From Deltaproteobacteria bacterium (GTDB taxonomy: Bacteria; Desulfobacterota; Dissulfuribacteria; Dissulfuribacterales; QOAL01): 64,000 nt of DNA. The stretch is from NCBI GenBank assembly GCA_026992735.1, contig JALWYO010000033.1:2091-66090 (forward strand), written 5' to 3'. The notes beneath the pieces were generated by a model that saw only the letters and a program-made list of their open reading frames with translations, did not search any database and was not told the DNA's origin. A program made the position numbers and the translations under genes. Each line of letters opens with the position of its first letter. Within the stretch, counting starts at the first letter, position 1. Below, piece after piece: positions 35,192 through 45,597 of this stretch.

Positions 35192-36763
35192 ATGAATGCA
35201 CCCATATTGACATACGTGATCTTTTTACCCCTTTTCGGGGTGCCCTTCATACTGGCCATGTCGCAGAAAGGCGACTCTGGGAAGAATATGATAAGGGGGA
35301 TAGCTCTTGCTATCAGTATCATAACCTTCCTTGCCTCTCTGAGGTTATATTTCGGTTTTGATCCATCCACACCAGGATTCCAGTTTGTAGAGGATCACGC
35401 GTGGATAACAAGCTATGGTATCCGTTACCATCTTGGTCTTGACGGTCTTTCTTTCTGGTTGGTGCTGCTGACCACGTTTCTCACGCCTCTGACCATACTG
35501 TCAACCTGGAAGGCCATAGACAACCGTGTGAAAGAGTTCCAGATATCCATGCTGGTCTTAGAGACAGCCATGCTCGGTACTTTCGTGGCCCTGGACCTTT
35601 TCCTGTTCTATGTCTTCTGGGAAATCATGCTGATACCCATGTATCTCATCATTGGTGTCTGGGGCGGTGAACGCAGGATATACGCGGCCATCAAGTTCTT
35701 CTTGTACACGGCCGTTGGATCGCTGCTCATGCTGGTGTGTATCATCGGGCTGGTCTATTTTCACCAGCAGCAGACCGGAGAGATCACATTCAACCTGCTG
35801 TCTCTGTACGGGACAAGTGTACCAAAGATATACGAAATACTGTTTTTCGCAGCCTTTGCTCTGGCATTTGCCATCAAGGTGCCGATGTTCCCCTTGCATA
35901 CATGGTTGCCTGATGCCCACGTTGAAGCGCCTACGGCTGGTTCGGTAATCCTGGCAGGCATTCTTCTGAAGATGGGAACTTACGGTTTCTTCAGGTTTGC
36001 AATGCCGCTTTTCCCTGCAGGTTCCGACTATTTTGCTCCACTCATAATAACCCTGTCAGTTATAGGTATTATCTACGGGGCATTGGTGGCCATGGTCCAG
36101 CCGGATATCAAAAAGCTCGTTGCATATTCCTCTGTATCCCACCTTGGATACTGCATGTTAGGTCTTTATGTGCTAACCAGGCAGGGCGTTGAAGGATCAG
36201 TTCTCCAGATGATCAACCATGGTATATCTACCGGCGCATTGTTCCTCCTGGTAGGTGTTGTTTACGAGAGGAGGCATACAAGGCTTATCAAGGAATACGG
36301 CGGCATTGCAAGGATAATGCCCATTTATTCCACCATCTTTATGATAGTTACGCTCTCGTCAATCGGCCTGCCTACAACCAATGGCTTTATTGGTGAATTT
36401 CTTATACTGCTTGGAACATTCAAGGTAAACAAGGTGGCTGCAGTATTGGCAGCATCCGGTGTCATTCTCGGTGCGGTATATATGCTCTGGATGGTCCAGA
36501 GAGTCTTTTTCGGTGAGGTCACAAATCCCAAGAATTACAATCTGCCTGACCTGAATCTCAGGGAGATAGCCTACCTGGCACCCTTGATAGTTTTGATATT
36601 CTGGATTGGCCTGTATCCGAATTTCTTCCTGAAAAAGATGCATGTTTCAGTAGATCACTTTATCAGTCAGGTCAAGATAGAGTCTCCGGAACAGTCGTCC
36701 CATGTCCAGCAGGCTTCCTGCATGGAGCTGCCTGGCGTTACAGTTGCTTTGGCCAAGGAGTAG
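35192..36763 (+). CDS. nuoM: NADH-quinone oxidoreductase subunit M
   Basis: 523-aa antiporter-like subunit ([25 protein letters not shown]). Confidence 0.95.
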   Translation: MNAPILTYVIFLPLFGVPFILAMSQKGDSGKNMIRGIALAISIITFLASLRLYFGFDPSTPGFQFVEDHAWITSYGIRYHLGLDGLSFWLVLLTTFLTPLTILSTWKAIDNRVKEFQISMLVLETAMLGTFVALDLFLFYVFWEIMLIPMYLIIGVWGGERRIYAAIKFFLYTAVGSLLMLVCIIGLVYFHQQQTGEITFNLLSLYGTSVPKIYEILFFAAFALAFAIKVPMFPLHTWLPDAHVEAPTAGSVILAGILLKMGTYGFFRFAMPLFPAGSDYFAPLIITLSVIGIIYGALVAMVQPDIKKLVAYSSVSHLGYCMLGLYVLTRQGVEGSVLQMINHGISTGALFLLVGVVYERRHTRLIKEYGGIARIMPIYSTIFMIVTLSSIGLPTTNGFIGEFLILLGTFKVNKVAAVLAASGVILGAVYMLWMVQRVFFGEVTNPKNYNLPDLNLREIAYLAPLIVLIFWIGLYPNFFLKKMHVSVDHFISQVKIESPEQSSHVQQASCMELPGVTVALAKE

Positions 36764-36769
36764 ATAGGT

Positions 36770-38311
36770 ATGAATGATCTTAATTTCTCATTTGACTTTT
36801 TTCACCTGTGGCAGGTGATTGGAGGTCAGTTGATTCTTATAGTGGCTGGTCTCATACTGATTCTCGCGGACATCGCCATGCTGAAACTGGACGAGGATGT
36901 ACGAAGCAGGCGGCTTGGCTGGCTCACGGTGATTATCTTCGCCCTTACTGCTGCGCACATGATGTCCAGGGAGTGGGGCCTGCATAATATCGTGTTCATG
37001 GGTATCTTTTCTGCTGACAAGTTCAGTATATTTGTATCTATAGTCATGGTGCTCTCCGGCTTGCTGGCTGCATTGATGAGTATAGGTTACCTCCAGAACA
37101 ACGATGTTATGAAGGGAGAATATTATATCTTAATGATATATGCTGTGGCAGGGGCGATAGGGCTTGTCCAGTCTGTTGATCTCCTCATGATGTTTATTAC
37201 TCTTGAGGTAATGTCTCTGGCAATCTATGCCCTGGCTGCCTTTCTGAAGAACAACAGGTTTTCCCAGGAAGGTGCCCTTAAGTATTTTCTCCTTGGAAGT
37301 TTTGGTTCCGCCTTCTTCCTTTTTGGAGTGGCTGTAATTTACGGGGTTACCGGAACCATTAATCTCACTAAGATTGCACAGAGTATTGCAGGCGGGCTTT
37401 ATACGAACCCTGCCATCTTGCTTGCTTTTGCCATGCTGTCAGTAGGCCTGTTTTTCAAGATGGCGATGGTGCCCTTTCACATGTGGACTCCAGATGTCTA
37501 CGAAGGAAGCCCGTCAGTGATTACCGGTTTTATGGCCACGGCGGTTAAAGCAGCAGCATTCGGTGTTTTTGTCAAGTTGTTGTTTGTCACCTTTACTCCT
37601 ATGCTGAGCCAGAGCGGACAGCCTGATTTCCAGAATACCATAAACCTTGCGGCTCTCGGAGCATATTGGAAGCCTGTACTCTGGTGGCTGGCGCTTCTCA
37701 CCATGTTTTTTGGCAATCTCATTGCTGTCTCTCAGCAGAATGTCAAGAGAATGCTTGCTTATTCATCCATAGCCCATGCAGGATATATGGCAGTCGGTAT
37801 CATTGCTGCCAATGGTGATGGCAGAATGGGTGTCTTGTTCTACCTGTTCTCTTACACCCTTATGAACCTGGGTGCCTTTGGAGTGATATACCTTATCGAT
37901 GGTAAGGAAAGAAACGCACAGACACTGGAAGACTATCGCGGGCTTGGATACAAGTATCCGGCCCTGGGCTTTCTGATGGGGCTCTTCCTGGTGGCCATGG
38001 CCGGCCTGCCGCCAACAGCAGGCTTTATTGCCAAGTTCTATGTATTTGCGGCAGCCATTAAGGAAGGTTATTTTCTGTTGGCCGCACTTGGCGTAATGAC
38101 CAGTGTTATCGGTGCTTACTACTATCTCAGGGTTATCTACATGATGTATATGAAGGATGAGGTAAGGGATGTTGTCAGGGGGCCTGTTGCAATGCCTACT
38201 GTAATTGCGCTGGTGATTACCGCCATTGGTGTAATATACCTTGGAATCCTTCCGGAACAGCTCGCAAATATAGCAAACGCGGCTCAGCAGAGCCTGTCCA
38301 TGATATTTTAG
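36770..38311 (+). CDS. nuoN: NADH-quinone oxidoreductase subunit N
   Basis: 513-aa antiporter-like subunit (FHMWTPDVYEGSPSVITGFM). Confidence 0.95.
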   Translation: MNDLNFSFDFFHLWQVIGGQLILIVAGLILILADIAMLKLDEDVRSRRLGWLTVIIFALTAAHMMSREWGLHNIVFMGIFSADKFSIFVSIVMVLSGLLAALMSIGYLQNNDVMKGEYYILMIYAVAGAIGLVQSVDLLMMFITLEVMSLAIYALAAFLKNNRFSQEGALKYFLLGSFGSAFFLFGVAVIYGVTGTINLTKIAQSIAGGLYTNPAILLAFAMLSVGLFFKMAMVPFHMWTPDVYEGSPSVITGFMATAVKAAAFGVFVKLLFVTFTPMLSQSGQPDFQNTINLAALGAYWKPVLWWLALLTMFFGNLIAVSQQNVKRMLAYSSIAHAGYMAVGIIAANGDGRMGVLFYLFSYTLMNLGAFGVIYLIDGKERNAQTLEDYRGLGYKYPALGFLMGLFLVAMAGLPPTAGFIAKFYVFAAAIKEGYFLLAALGVMTSVIGAYYYLRVIYMMYMKDEVRDVVRGPVAMPTVIALVITAIGVIYLGILPEQLANIANAAQQSLSMIF

Positions 38312-38338
38312 TACTATCTAAAATATTTATAGCTTCAG

Positions 38339-38362
38339 AGGCGCTCTTTTGAGCGCCTTTTT
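38339..38362 (+). terminator. rho-independent terminator after nuoN
   Basis: AGGCGCTC-tttt-GAGCGCCT followed by TTTTT. A second hairpin, TTTGCCCG-gcatgg-CGGGCAAA, follows at 38365-38386. Confidence 0.8.
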
Positions 38363-38397
38363 AGTTTGCCCGGCATGGCGGGCAAAACCAGTCTGCG

Positions 38398-38700
38398 TCA
38401 CGCAGGCGTCACCTCGGCTAGGGGGAAGACAATCCGAATCGCAAGGGCGTGGCTGGTAATGGTAGGATCTGATACGTGGCGCTCAATGCCCGGAAGCAGG
38501 CCAGCCTCTATCTTGAAGAAGATGTTTTCCCCAAGGTGAACGAGGAGAAGACGCACATCTGTCACAGCAGTGGCGGTATAAAGTGACTTGGCGTAATCAT
38601 TCATGATGCCTATATTCAGATACAGCCTGCCGAGGTTCAAGGATCGGATGAAGGTGATAACATGCTGAAATTCCTCGGTCAATTTTGAGGAAGTAATCAA
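38398..38700 (-). CDS. hypothetical protein (weakly supported ORF)
   Basis: 100-aa ORF with a TTG start, no clear SD and no family I recognise. It is the only ORF in an otherwise empty 480-nt gap. Its composition looks protein-like (beta-strand-like hydrophobic periodicity). Confidence 0.25.
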   Translation of the reverse strand: MITSSKLTEEFQHVITFIRSLNLGRLYLNIGIMNDYAKSLYTATAVTDVRLLLVHLGENIFFKIEAGLLPGIERHVSDPTITSHALAIRIVFPLAEVTPA

Positions 38701-38797
38701 GAAATTGAACTATTATCTCTGATTCAGGCAGGTAAAGGGCTTTTTAGGTATATTGGAAGGATTTATTAGAATATTTACCCAGAAAATTGAATATAAA

Positions 38798-39796
38798 ATG
38801 AATTTCATAGACGAGGCAGATATATATATAAAGGCTGGCGACGGCGGCCAGGGCTGCGTTAGCTTCAGGAGAGAGAAATATGTGCCCAGAGGCGGTCCAG
38901 ATGGTGGTGACGGTGGGGCAGGTGGCTCAGTGATTCTGAAGGTGGATACAGGTCTTAATACGCTTCATATGTTCAGGCATAAAAGGAAATTTATTGCTGA
39001 AAAGGGAGTCGCAGGCAGGAAAAAGAACCAGCATGGCAGGGCCGGCAGGGACTTGGTCATCAAGGTCCCCCAGGGCACAGTGGTGAGAGATGTTGAGACA
39101 GGCCTACTGCTGGCCGATCTTACAATGCCTGGCCAGAAATGGGTTGCTGCAAGGGGTGGCAAGGGCGGCAAGGGCAATGCCCGTTTTGCGACCAGCACCA
39201 ACCAGGCGCCCCGCTATGCCCAGCCTGGGCTGCCTGGTCAGGAGCGCACTCTCAGGCTTGAGCTTAAGCTCCTGGCCGATGTTGGCCTTGTAGGCGCGCC
39301 CAATGCCGGAAAGTCAACTCTGTTATCCAGGGTTTCCGCTGCCAAGCCAAAGGTGGCGGATTACCCTTTTACAACGCTGGTCCCTCATCTCGGAGTGGTG
39401 GAGCTTTCGGATGAGCGTTCTTTTGTCATGGCGGATATTCCAGGCCTCATAGAGGGGGCACATGCTGGTGCAGGCATGGGGACGGATTTCCTGAAGCATG
39501 TGGAGCGTACAGAGGTCCTGTTGCACATGATAGACGCCTCCCTGGGGGCTGATGCAGCTATTGCAACTTATGATATGATATGTGCTGAACTCAAGGGTTT
39601 TGACAGCTCCCTTATGGACAAGGCCCAGTTGATTGCCCTGAACAAGATGGACATCGTCTCCGAACAGGAAATGGCAGAACTTGAAGGTCGTTTTATGGGC
39701 AGGGGCCTGGAAACGTACAGGATTTCCGCATATACCGGTCAAGGCCTGGAACCCTTGCTGGAACAGCTTTACCATCTCTGTAGAGGCAAGCAGTAA
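38798..39796 (+). CDS. obgE: GTPase ObgE/CgtA
   Basis: The track ORF starts at 38753; I trimmed it to ATG 38798 (MNFIDEADIYIKAGDGGQGCVSFRREKY, the canonical Obg N-terminus). It has G1 GAPNAGKST and G4 NKMD. Confidence 0.9.
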   Translation: MNFIDEADIYIKAGDGGQGCVSFRREKYVPRGGPDGGDGGAGGSVILKVDTGLNTLHMFRHKRKFIAEKGVAGRKKNQHGRAGRDLVIKVPQGTVVRDVETGLLLADLTMPGQKWVAARGGKGGKGNARFATSTNQAPRYAQPGLPGQERTLRLELKLLADVGLVGAPNAGKSTLLSRVSAAKPKVADYPFTTLVPHLGVVELSDERSFVMADIPGLIEGAHAGAGMGTDFLKHVERTEVLLHMIDASLGADAAIATYDMICAELKGFDSSLMDKAQLIALNKMDIVSEQEMAELEGRFMGRGLETYRISAYTGQGLEPLLEQLYHLCRGKQ

Positions 39797-39797
39797 T

Positions 39798-40958
39798 ATG
39801 GTCAAGGCTATTAACAGGCAGAAACGGATGACACCCGAAGAGATAATCGCCAAGGCGGAAAAGGTTGTTATAAAGGTCGGGAGCGCAGTGCTTACTGACG
39901 GAAACGGGCTGGACAGGAAAGTGGTCAAGGATCTCTGCTCCCAGGTGGCACAGCTTGTGTCAGGAGGGCGCCGGGTCATCATGGTATCCTCAGGCGCCGT
40001 GGCTGCCGGTATCGGTAAGATGCCGGAGATGTCTTCTCCCAGGACAGTGCCTGAAAAACAGGCCCTGGCAGCCATTGGACAGGGGCTGTTGATGAGGATT
40101 TATGAAGAGGCCTTTGAGGAACACAGGATCAGGGTGGCCCAGGTCCTGCTTACAAGAGATGGCCTGATTCCCAGGAGGCGCTATGTAAACGCCAAGAATA
40201 CCATAAAGACCCTTATAGACTGGAACGTTATCCCAATTATAAATGAAAACGATACAGTGGCTACAGAAGAGTTGCAGTTCACCGATAACGATGCACTTTC
40301 CGGCCTGGTGGTAAACCTGGCGGAGGCAGATCTCCTCGTATGCCTCAGTGACATAGACGGCCTCTACGACAGGGACCCGAGGCATTCCCCTGACGCCAGG
40401 AAGATAGACCTTGTGGAAAGGGTGACGGACAATATTCTTGCCAGTGCCGGTGATGATCCTGGCAGGGCCGGCAGGGGGGGCATGAAGTCCAAGCTCCATA
40501 CCGCATACATGGTCACGTCCAGCGGCTTGCCCATGATAGTAGCAGGTGGCAGGACCCCCCGTGTGCTCAAGCGGCTTTTTGCCGGTGAGCAACTCGGCAC
40601 GTTTTTCATGCCTGCAAGAGACAAGAAGATATACGGCCGAAAGTCCTGGATCGCATTTGCACTGGAAAGGAAGGGGACAATAAGCCTGGACTCAGGCGCT
40701 GTGACAGCCCTTACAAGAGAAGGCAGAAGCCTTCTGCCTGTTGGCGTTACAGGGGTTTCCGGCAGGTTCCTGGAGGGAGACTGCGTAGTCTGCCTCGATG
40801 CCCAGGGCAGGGAGGTAGCAGTGGGCCTGTCCAATTATTCATCCGATGACCTGAAAAAGATAACAGGATGCCGCAGCAGTGAGGTCATGGCCAGGATAGA
40901 CAAGGAAGCGGTCAGGGATGAGGTCATACATAGAGACAATATGATGCCTCTGAAATAA
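39798..40958 (+). CDS. proB: glutamate 5-kinase (with a C-terminal PUA domain)
   Basis: The track ORF starts at 39681 inside obg. I trimmed it to ATG 39798, 1 nt after the obg stop. It contains VIKVGSAVLTD, INENDTVATEE and a PUA-like tail. Confidence 0.9.
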   Translation: MVKAINRQKRMTPEEIIAKAEKVVIKVGSAVLTDGNGLDRKVVKDLCSQVAQLVSGGRRVIMVSSGAVAAGIGKMPEMSSPRTVPEKQALAAIGQGLLMRIYEEAFEEHRIRVAQVLLTRDGLIPRRRYVNAKNTIKTLIDWNVIPIINENDTVATEELQFTDNDALSGLVVNLAEADLLVCLSDIDGLYDRDPRHSPDARKIDLVERVTDNILASAGDDPGRAGRGGMKSKLHTAYMVTSSGLPMIVAGGRTPRVLKRLFAGEQLGTFFMPARDKKIYGRKSWIAFALERKGTISLDSGAVTALTREGRSLLPVGVTGVSGRFLEGDCVVCLDAQGREVAVGLSNYSSDDLKKITGCRSSEVMARIDKEAVRDEVIHRDNMMPLK

Positions 40959-40989
40959 ATGCTTGCATGTGTTGGCATAGATTGCAATA

Positions 40990-41019
40990 AACAAGGGCTG
41001 CACAGAGGCAGCCCTTGTT
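40990..41019. terminator. bidirectional hairpin terminator between convergent proB and glnA
   Basis: A perfect 12-bp stem AACAAGGGCTGC / GCAGCCCTTGTT with the 6-nt loop ACAGAG. It is T-rich on the plus side (GTTTG). Confidence 0.7.
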
Positions 41020-41093
41020 GTTTGAAATGCCATTTTACCTCTGTCTTACAGGCTCGAATGTAAAATGGCTGGAGTATCTATCCTGCGTAGCTG

Positions 41094-42506
41094 TTAAATA
41101 TCATAGTAGAGATAGAACTCATAAGGATGTGGGCGGAGTTTTACCGCATTTACTTCATTCTCGGTCTTGTATTCCAGCCACATGTCGATGACATCCTGTG
41201 TAAAGACGCCACCCTTCAGCAGGAATTCGTGGTCTTCCCTGAGGGCATCCAGCGCCTCGTCGAGAGAGCCGGGAGCAGAAGGAATGTTGGCCAGTTCTTC
41301 AGGTGGCAGATCATAGATGTTCTTGTTCAGGGGTTCGCCTGGATCTATCTTGTTGTCAATGCCGTCTATGACTGCCATGAGCATGGCGGAGAAGGCCAGA
41401 TATCCGTTGCAGGATGGATCAGGTGTGCGGAATTCTATCCTTTTGGCCTTTGGAGATGCGGAATACATTGGCAGCCTGATGGCGGCACTCCTGTTCCTGG
41501 TCGAATATGCAAGGTTTACAGGTGCCTCAAATCCTGGAACCAGCCTCTTGTAGGAATTTGTAGACGGGTTGGTGAAGGCACAGAGGGCGCGGCAGTGCTT
41601 CAGTATGCCGCCTATGGCATACATGGCCATCTCAGACATTCCACCATGCTTGTCTCCGGCAAACATGGGCTGGCCGTCCTTCCAGATGCTGATGTGTGTG
41701 TGCATGCCTGTGCCGTTGTCGCCGTAGAGGGGCTTGGGCATGAAGGTCAGGGTCATGCCGTGTTTTACTGCAATGTTCTTAAGGACGTACTTGAACCACA
41801 TGAGCTGGTCGCCCATCTGGAGGAGTGGCTTGAATCTCATGTCGATTTCTGCCTGGCCTGCAGTTGCAACTTCATGGTGCTGGCACTCCGTGTCGATTCC
41901 CAGTGCCTCCAGGGTGAGAAGCATCTCTGTGCGGATGTCCTGAAGCTTGTCTGTTGGTGGAACCGGGAAGTAACCTTCTTTGTGGCGTGGCTTGTAGCCG
42001 AGGTTCGGGCATTCATCCCTTCCGGAGTTCCAGATGCCCTCAATGGAATCCACCTCGTAGAAGCATCCATTTGATGCGTTGTCAAAGCGGATATCGTCAA
42101 AGATGAAGAATTCTGCCTCAGGGCCGAAAAAGGCCGTATCTCCATAGCCGGTGCCCTTGAGGTATGTTTCTGCCTTCTTGGCTATGTTTCTTGGATCCCT
42201 GCTGTATGCTTCTCTTGTTACAGGGTCAACGATATCCCCGATGAGGACCAGGGTAGGCTCTTCGAAAAAGGGATCTACCTGTGCCGTTGATGCGTCCGGG
42301 ACAACCAGCATGTCGCTTGCGTGAATGGGCTGCCATCCCCTGATGCTTGAGCCGTCAAATCCGAAACCATCCTCGAAAGAACCTTCGTTGAGCTCGGTTG
42401 AAGGCACGGTAAAGTGCTGCCATACTCCTGGAAAGTCCAGAAACCGCAGGTCAACAACCTTGATGTCTTTTTCCTTGATGTAGTCCAATACTTCCTTCGG
42501 GGTCAT
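41094..42506 (-). CDS. glnA: glutamine synthetase, type I
   Basis: 470-aa ORF with AAGGAGG upstream. It contains FDGSSIRGW, the [13 protein letters not shown] region and the adenylylation-loop region NLYDLP-like NIYDLPPEE. Confidence 0.95.
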   Translation of the reverse strand: MTPKEVLDYIKEKDIKVVDLRFLDFPGVWQHFTVPSTELNEGSFEDGFGFDGSSIRGWQPIHASDMLVVPDASTAQVDPFFEEPTLVLIGDIVDPVTREAYSRDPRNIAKKAETYLKGTGYGDTAFFGPEAEFFIFDDIRFDNASNGCFYEVDSIEGIWNSGRDECPNLGYKPRHKEGYFPVPPTDKLQDIRTEMLLTLEALGIDTECQHHEVATAGQAEIDMRFKPLLQMGDQLMWFKYVLKNIAVKHGMTLTFMPKPLYGDNGTGMHTHISIWKDGQPMFAGDKHGGMSEMAMYAIGGILKHCRALCAFTNPSTNSYKRLVPGFEAPVNLAYSTRNRSAAIRLPMYSASPKAKRIEFRTPDPSCNGYLAFSAMLMAVIDGIDNKIDPGEPLNKNIYDLPPEELANIPSAPGSLDEALDALREDHEFLLKGGVFTQDVIDMWLEYKTENEVNAVKLRPHPYEFYLYYDI

Positions 42507-42584
42507 AAGAAAAATCCTCCTTTGGTCTTTAAATTGATTTCATCCTTTTTATCATAAAGGAACAAAAAAAACACTTCATTTTCT

Positions 42585-45164
42585 TCATAATACGCAGCTC
42601 TGTGCAGAGTACAGCAGGGCATCTTTCAGTTCCTTGAGAAAATCCTCTTCCTGGAGCTTTTCACCCAGGTTGTTAAGCACGTAAAAAACATCCACTATCT
42701 GGTCGCCACTTGTGCCTATCTTGGCCTTGTATATATTGATTCCAAACTCTGCCAGTGTCTTTGTAATACTGCAGAGAAGGCAGGGGGAATCCTTGGTGTA
42801 TATTTCTATTATGGAATAAAAATCCGATTGTTCATTATCTATTATTACCCTGGGTTTGGCCCTTATGGATACCTTGCTGCCCTGGGTAGCCATGGCCCCG
42901 AATTTCGCTGCCAGCCTGTGCGAAAGCCCTATCTTGTTGTCCAGTGCCTTTTCAAGATCGTTTTCCAGGCCTTTCCAGTCTATATCATCCGGCATGCCGC
43001 TGTCCATTAGATGACCTGCGTCTATGACATCCACTACCGTCCCGTCTTTAAGCGTAAATATCTGGGCCTGGAGTATGTTCAGGTTATAAAGGGCAAAAAT
43101 GCCGCATATCTTGGATAGAAGGCCTGTCCGGTCCCTGGTCATCAGCAGGATGGACCAGTAATGCCCCCTTGTCTCCGGGATTATGATGACCTTGTTGCCC
43201 TGTATTTTATCTCTGATCTGCAGATGCCTGACCACTGCCTCCGGCGTAAAACTCAGCAGGTAGTCTTCCGGAAGGATTTCCAGTGCCTTCATCTCCCCGG
43301 AACCCATGAGTTCGGACACCTTTTCCTTCATCCATTCGACCGCAGCTATCCGGTCAGGATCGATGAGATCATGCTGTTGCAGGAGATGGGCTATCTTGTG
43401 ATATATTTCCAGCAACAGGGCCTCTTTCCATTCATTCCATACATTGGGGCCGGTTGCCTTGGCATCTGCAACGGAGATGAGATAAAGCATGTTGAGCCTG
43501 TCTATGCTCTTTATATGCCTGGCGAATTTCAGGATGAGGGATTCGTCTTCAAGGTCCCGCCTGGTAGCATTGTCCATCAGGAACAGGTGGTTTTCTATGA
43601 GGAAGCTCAGGGTATCAGACTGCTCTGGAGTCAGGGCTAGCCTGTCCGCAATGCCTCTGGCAATCTCTGCTCCTCTTGCAGCATGTCTGCCACCGAGCCC
43701 TTTGCCTATGTCGTGCAGAAAGGCTGCCAGAAACAGCAGTTTATGGTCCTGGATCTCTGAGAAGAGGCCCTTGTTTCTTTCCTTTAGCTGGTTAAGGCAC
43801 GTGACAGTCTCCACCATGTGTCTGTCCACGGTGTTTATGTGATAGATATCGTGCAGGGCAAGGGCCCTGAGATGTTCTAATTCCGGCAGGAAGAAGCAAA
43901 GCAGGCCGGTGTCAAGCATCTGCAGCAGGCTTTGCGGAGTGCGGGATTTCTCAAGGGTTTCAAGAAAATACCTGGCACATCTCCTGGACCTCCTCGCCTT
44001 TTCATCCAGCCTGTCCACCAGTGATGCGATTCTCCGTCTGGACCGGTAGTGGAGAGGGATTTCCATCTCTGCTGACAGGCTGAAGGCCTTGAACAGCAGG
44101 TAGGGTTTTTGAAGGAGGAGTTTTGCGTCAGTCAGGAATATCTTGTTGTTCAGTATTTCTATGCCTGGCGCCAGCTTCCTGTGTGGCTTCCCGGCCTTTG
44201 GCGGGTTTATCACGTCTTCCACGTGTTCGAAGAAGAGGTCGGATGCCGTTGCGATTGTGTACAGGCTTGTATGGACCTTCTTCATGAACCGTTCCACGCC
44301 CAGGGTTTCCCTGGAGTCATAGAGACGCAGTTTCCTGGCGATTTCCTCCTGGTATTCAAAGAACAGCCTGTCATTTTTCCTGCCGCTGGCATAGTGCAGG
44401 CGGTTGCGGATGATGAACAGGTCGTTTTTGGCATCTTCCAGTGCCTGGAATTCTTTCTGATTCAGAAGGCCCTCTTCATGGAATTCAGCCGGGGTGCTCA
44501 GGCCGAATAGAACCTTTCCGGTCCAGAACATGGCCTGAAGATCCCTCATTCCTCCTCTGCTGTCCTTGATATTCGGTTCGAGCAAATATGTATGGTCACC
44601 GAATCTGCTGTGCCTCTCTGCCCTGTGGGCCATCATGTCCTGCGCAAATGTCTTCCTGCTGCCCTTATCGAAACTTGCCAGGAATTTTTGTGACAAATTT
44701 GTAAAAAGTTCCTTGTCGCCACAGATGAACCTCTTGTCTATCAGGGCTACCTGGAAAAAGAAGTCCTTTTTGATATCTTCCAGACATTCGTTTATGGTGC
44801 GTACGCCATGCCCGACTTCTACGCCGGTATCCCATAGCGGGTACAGCACTGCATCGGTAACCGGCTCGATTAGCTGGTAGGAATCTTTCCGGTACAGTAA
44901 AAGCAGGTCTATGTCGGAAAATGGAAAAAGTTCCTTTCTGCCATATCCGCCCAGTGCAAGCAGTGAGATTCCCTTGGCGTCTCTGCCGACAGCATCGTGG
45001 AACCTTGTTTTTATGAAATTGTCCACCAGGGAAGAATGGTGTAAAAGCAGTTCTACGCCCGACAGGCCCTGCTCCCACAGGGCTGCCAGGGCCTGTCTCG
45101 GCGATAGAAACTTTACCAGTTCCTCGTCTGCTATATGTGATTCCTGTATTTTAGTATCCTGCAT
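42585..45164 (-). CDS. glnD: [protein-PII] uridylyltransferase / uridylyl-removing enzyme
   Basis: 859-aa ORF with a nucleotidyltransferase motif (GGYGRKELFPFSDIDLLLL), an HD domain (FLHDIGKG) and two C-terminal ACT-like domains. Confidence 0.9.
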   Translation of the reverse strand: MQDTKIQESHIADEELVKFLSPRQALAALWEQGLSGVELLLHHSSLVDNFIKTRFHDAVGRDAKGISLLALGGYGRKELFPFSDIDLLLLYRKDSYQLIEPVTDAVLYPLWDTGVEVGHGVRTINECLEDIKKDFFFQVALIDKRFICGDKELFTNLSQKFLASFDKGSRKTFAQDMMAHRAERHSRFGDHTYLLEPNIKDSRGGMRDLQAMFWTGKVLFGLSTPAEFHEEGLLNQKEFQALEDAKNDLFIIRNRLHYASGRKNDRLFFEYQEEIARKLRLYDSRETLGVERFMKKVHTSLYTIATASDLFFEHVEDVINPPKAGKPHRKLAPGIEILNNKIFLTDAKLLLQKPYLLFKAFSLSAEMEIPLHYRSRRRIASLVDRLDEKARRSRRCARYFLETLEKSRTPQSLLQMLDTGLLCFFLPELEHLRALALHDIYHINTVDRHMVETVTCLNQLKERNKGLFSEIQDHKLLFLAAFLHDIGKGLGGRHAARGAEIARGIADRLALTPEQSDTLSFLIENHLFLMDNATRRDLEDESLILKFARHIKSIDRLNMLYLISVADAKATGPNVWNEWKEALLLEIYHKIAHLLQQHDLIDPDRIAAVEWMKEKVSELMGSGEMKALEILPEDYLLSFTPEAVVRHLQIRDKIQGNKVIIIPETRGHYWSILLMTRDRTGLLSKICGIFALYNLNILQAQIFTLKDGTVVDVIDAGHLMDSGMPDDIDWKGLENDLEKALDNKIGLSHRLAAKFGAMATQGSKVSIRAKPRVIIDNEQSDFYSIIEIYTKDSPCLLCSITKTLAEFGINIYKAKIGTSGDQIVDVFYVLNNLGEKLQEEDFLKELKDALLYSAQSCVL

Positions 45165-45246
45165 ATGTGTTTGCCATTAATTGCTGCGTGCTAAAACCCA
45201 TGTTTTATGGATGACAAGACAACACATGCATCACGTTAAAGCAGGG

Positions 45247-45588
<342 letters not shown>

Positions 45589-45597
45589 TTACCTCCG

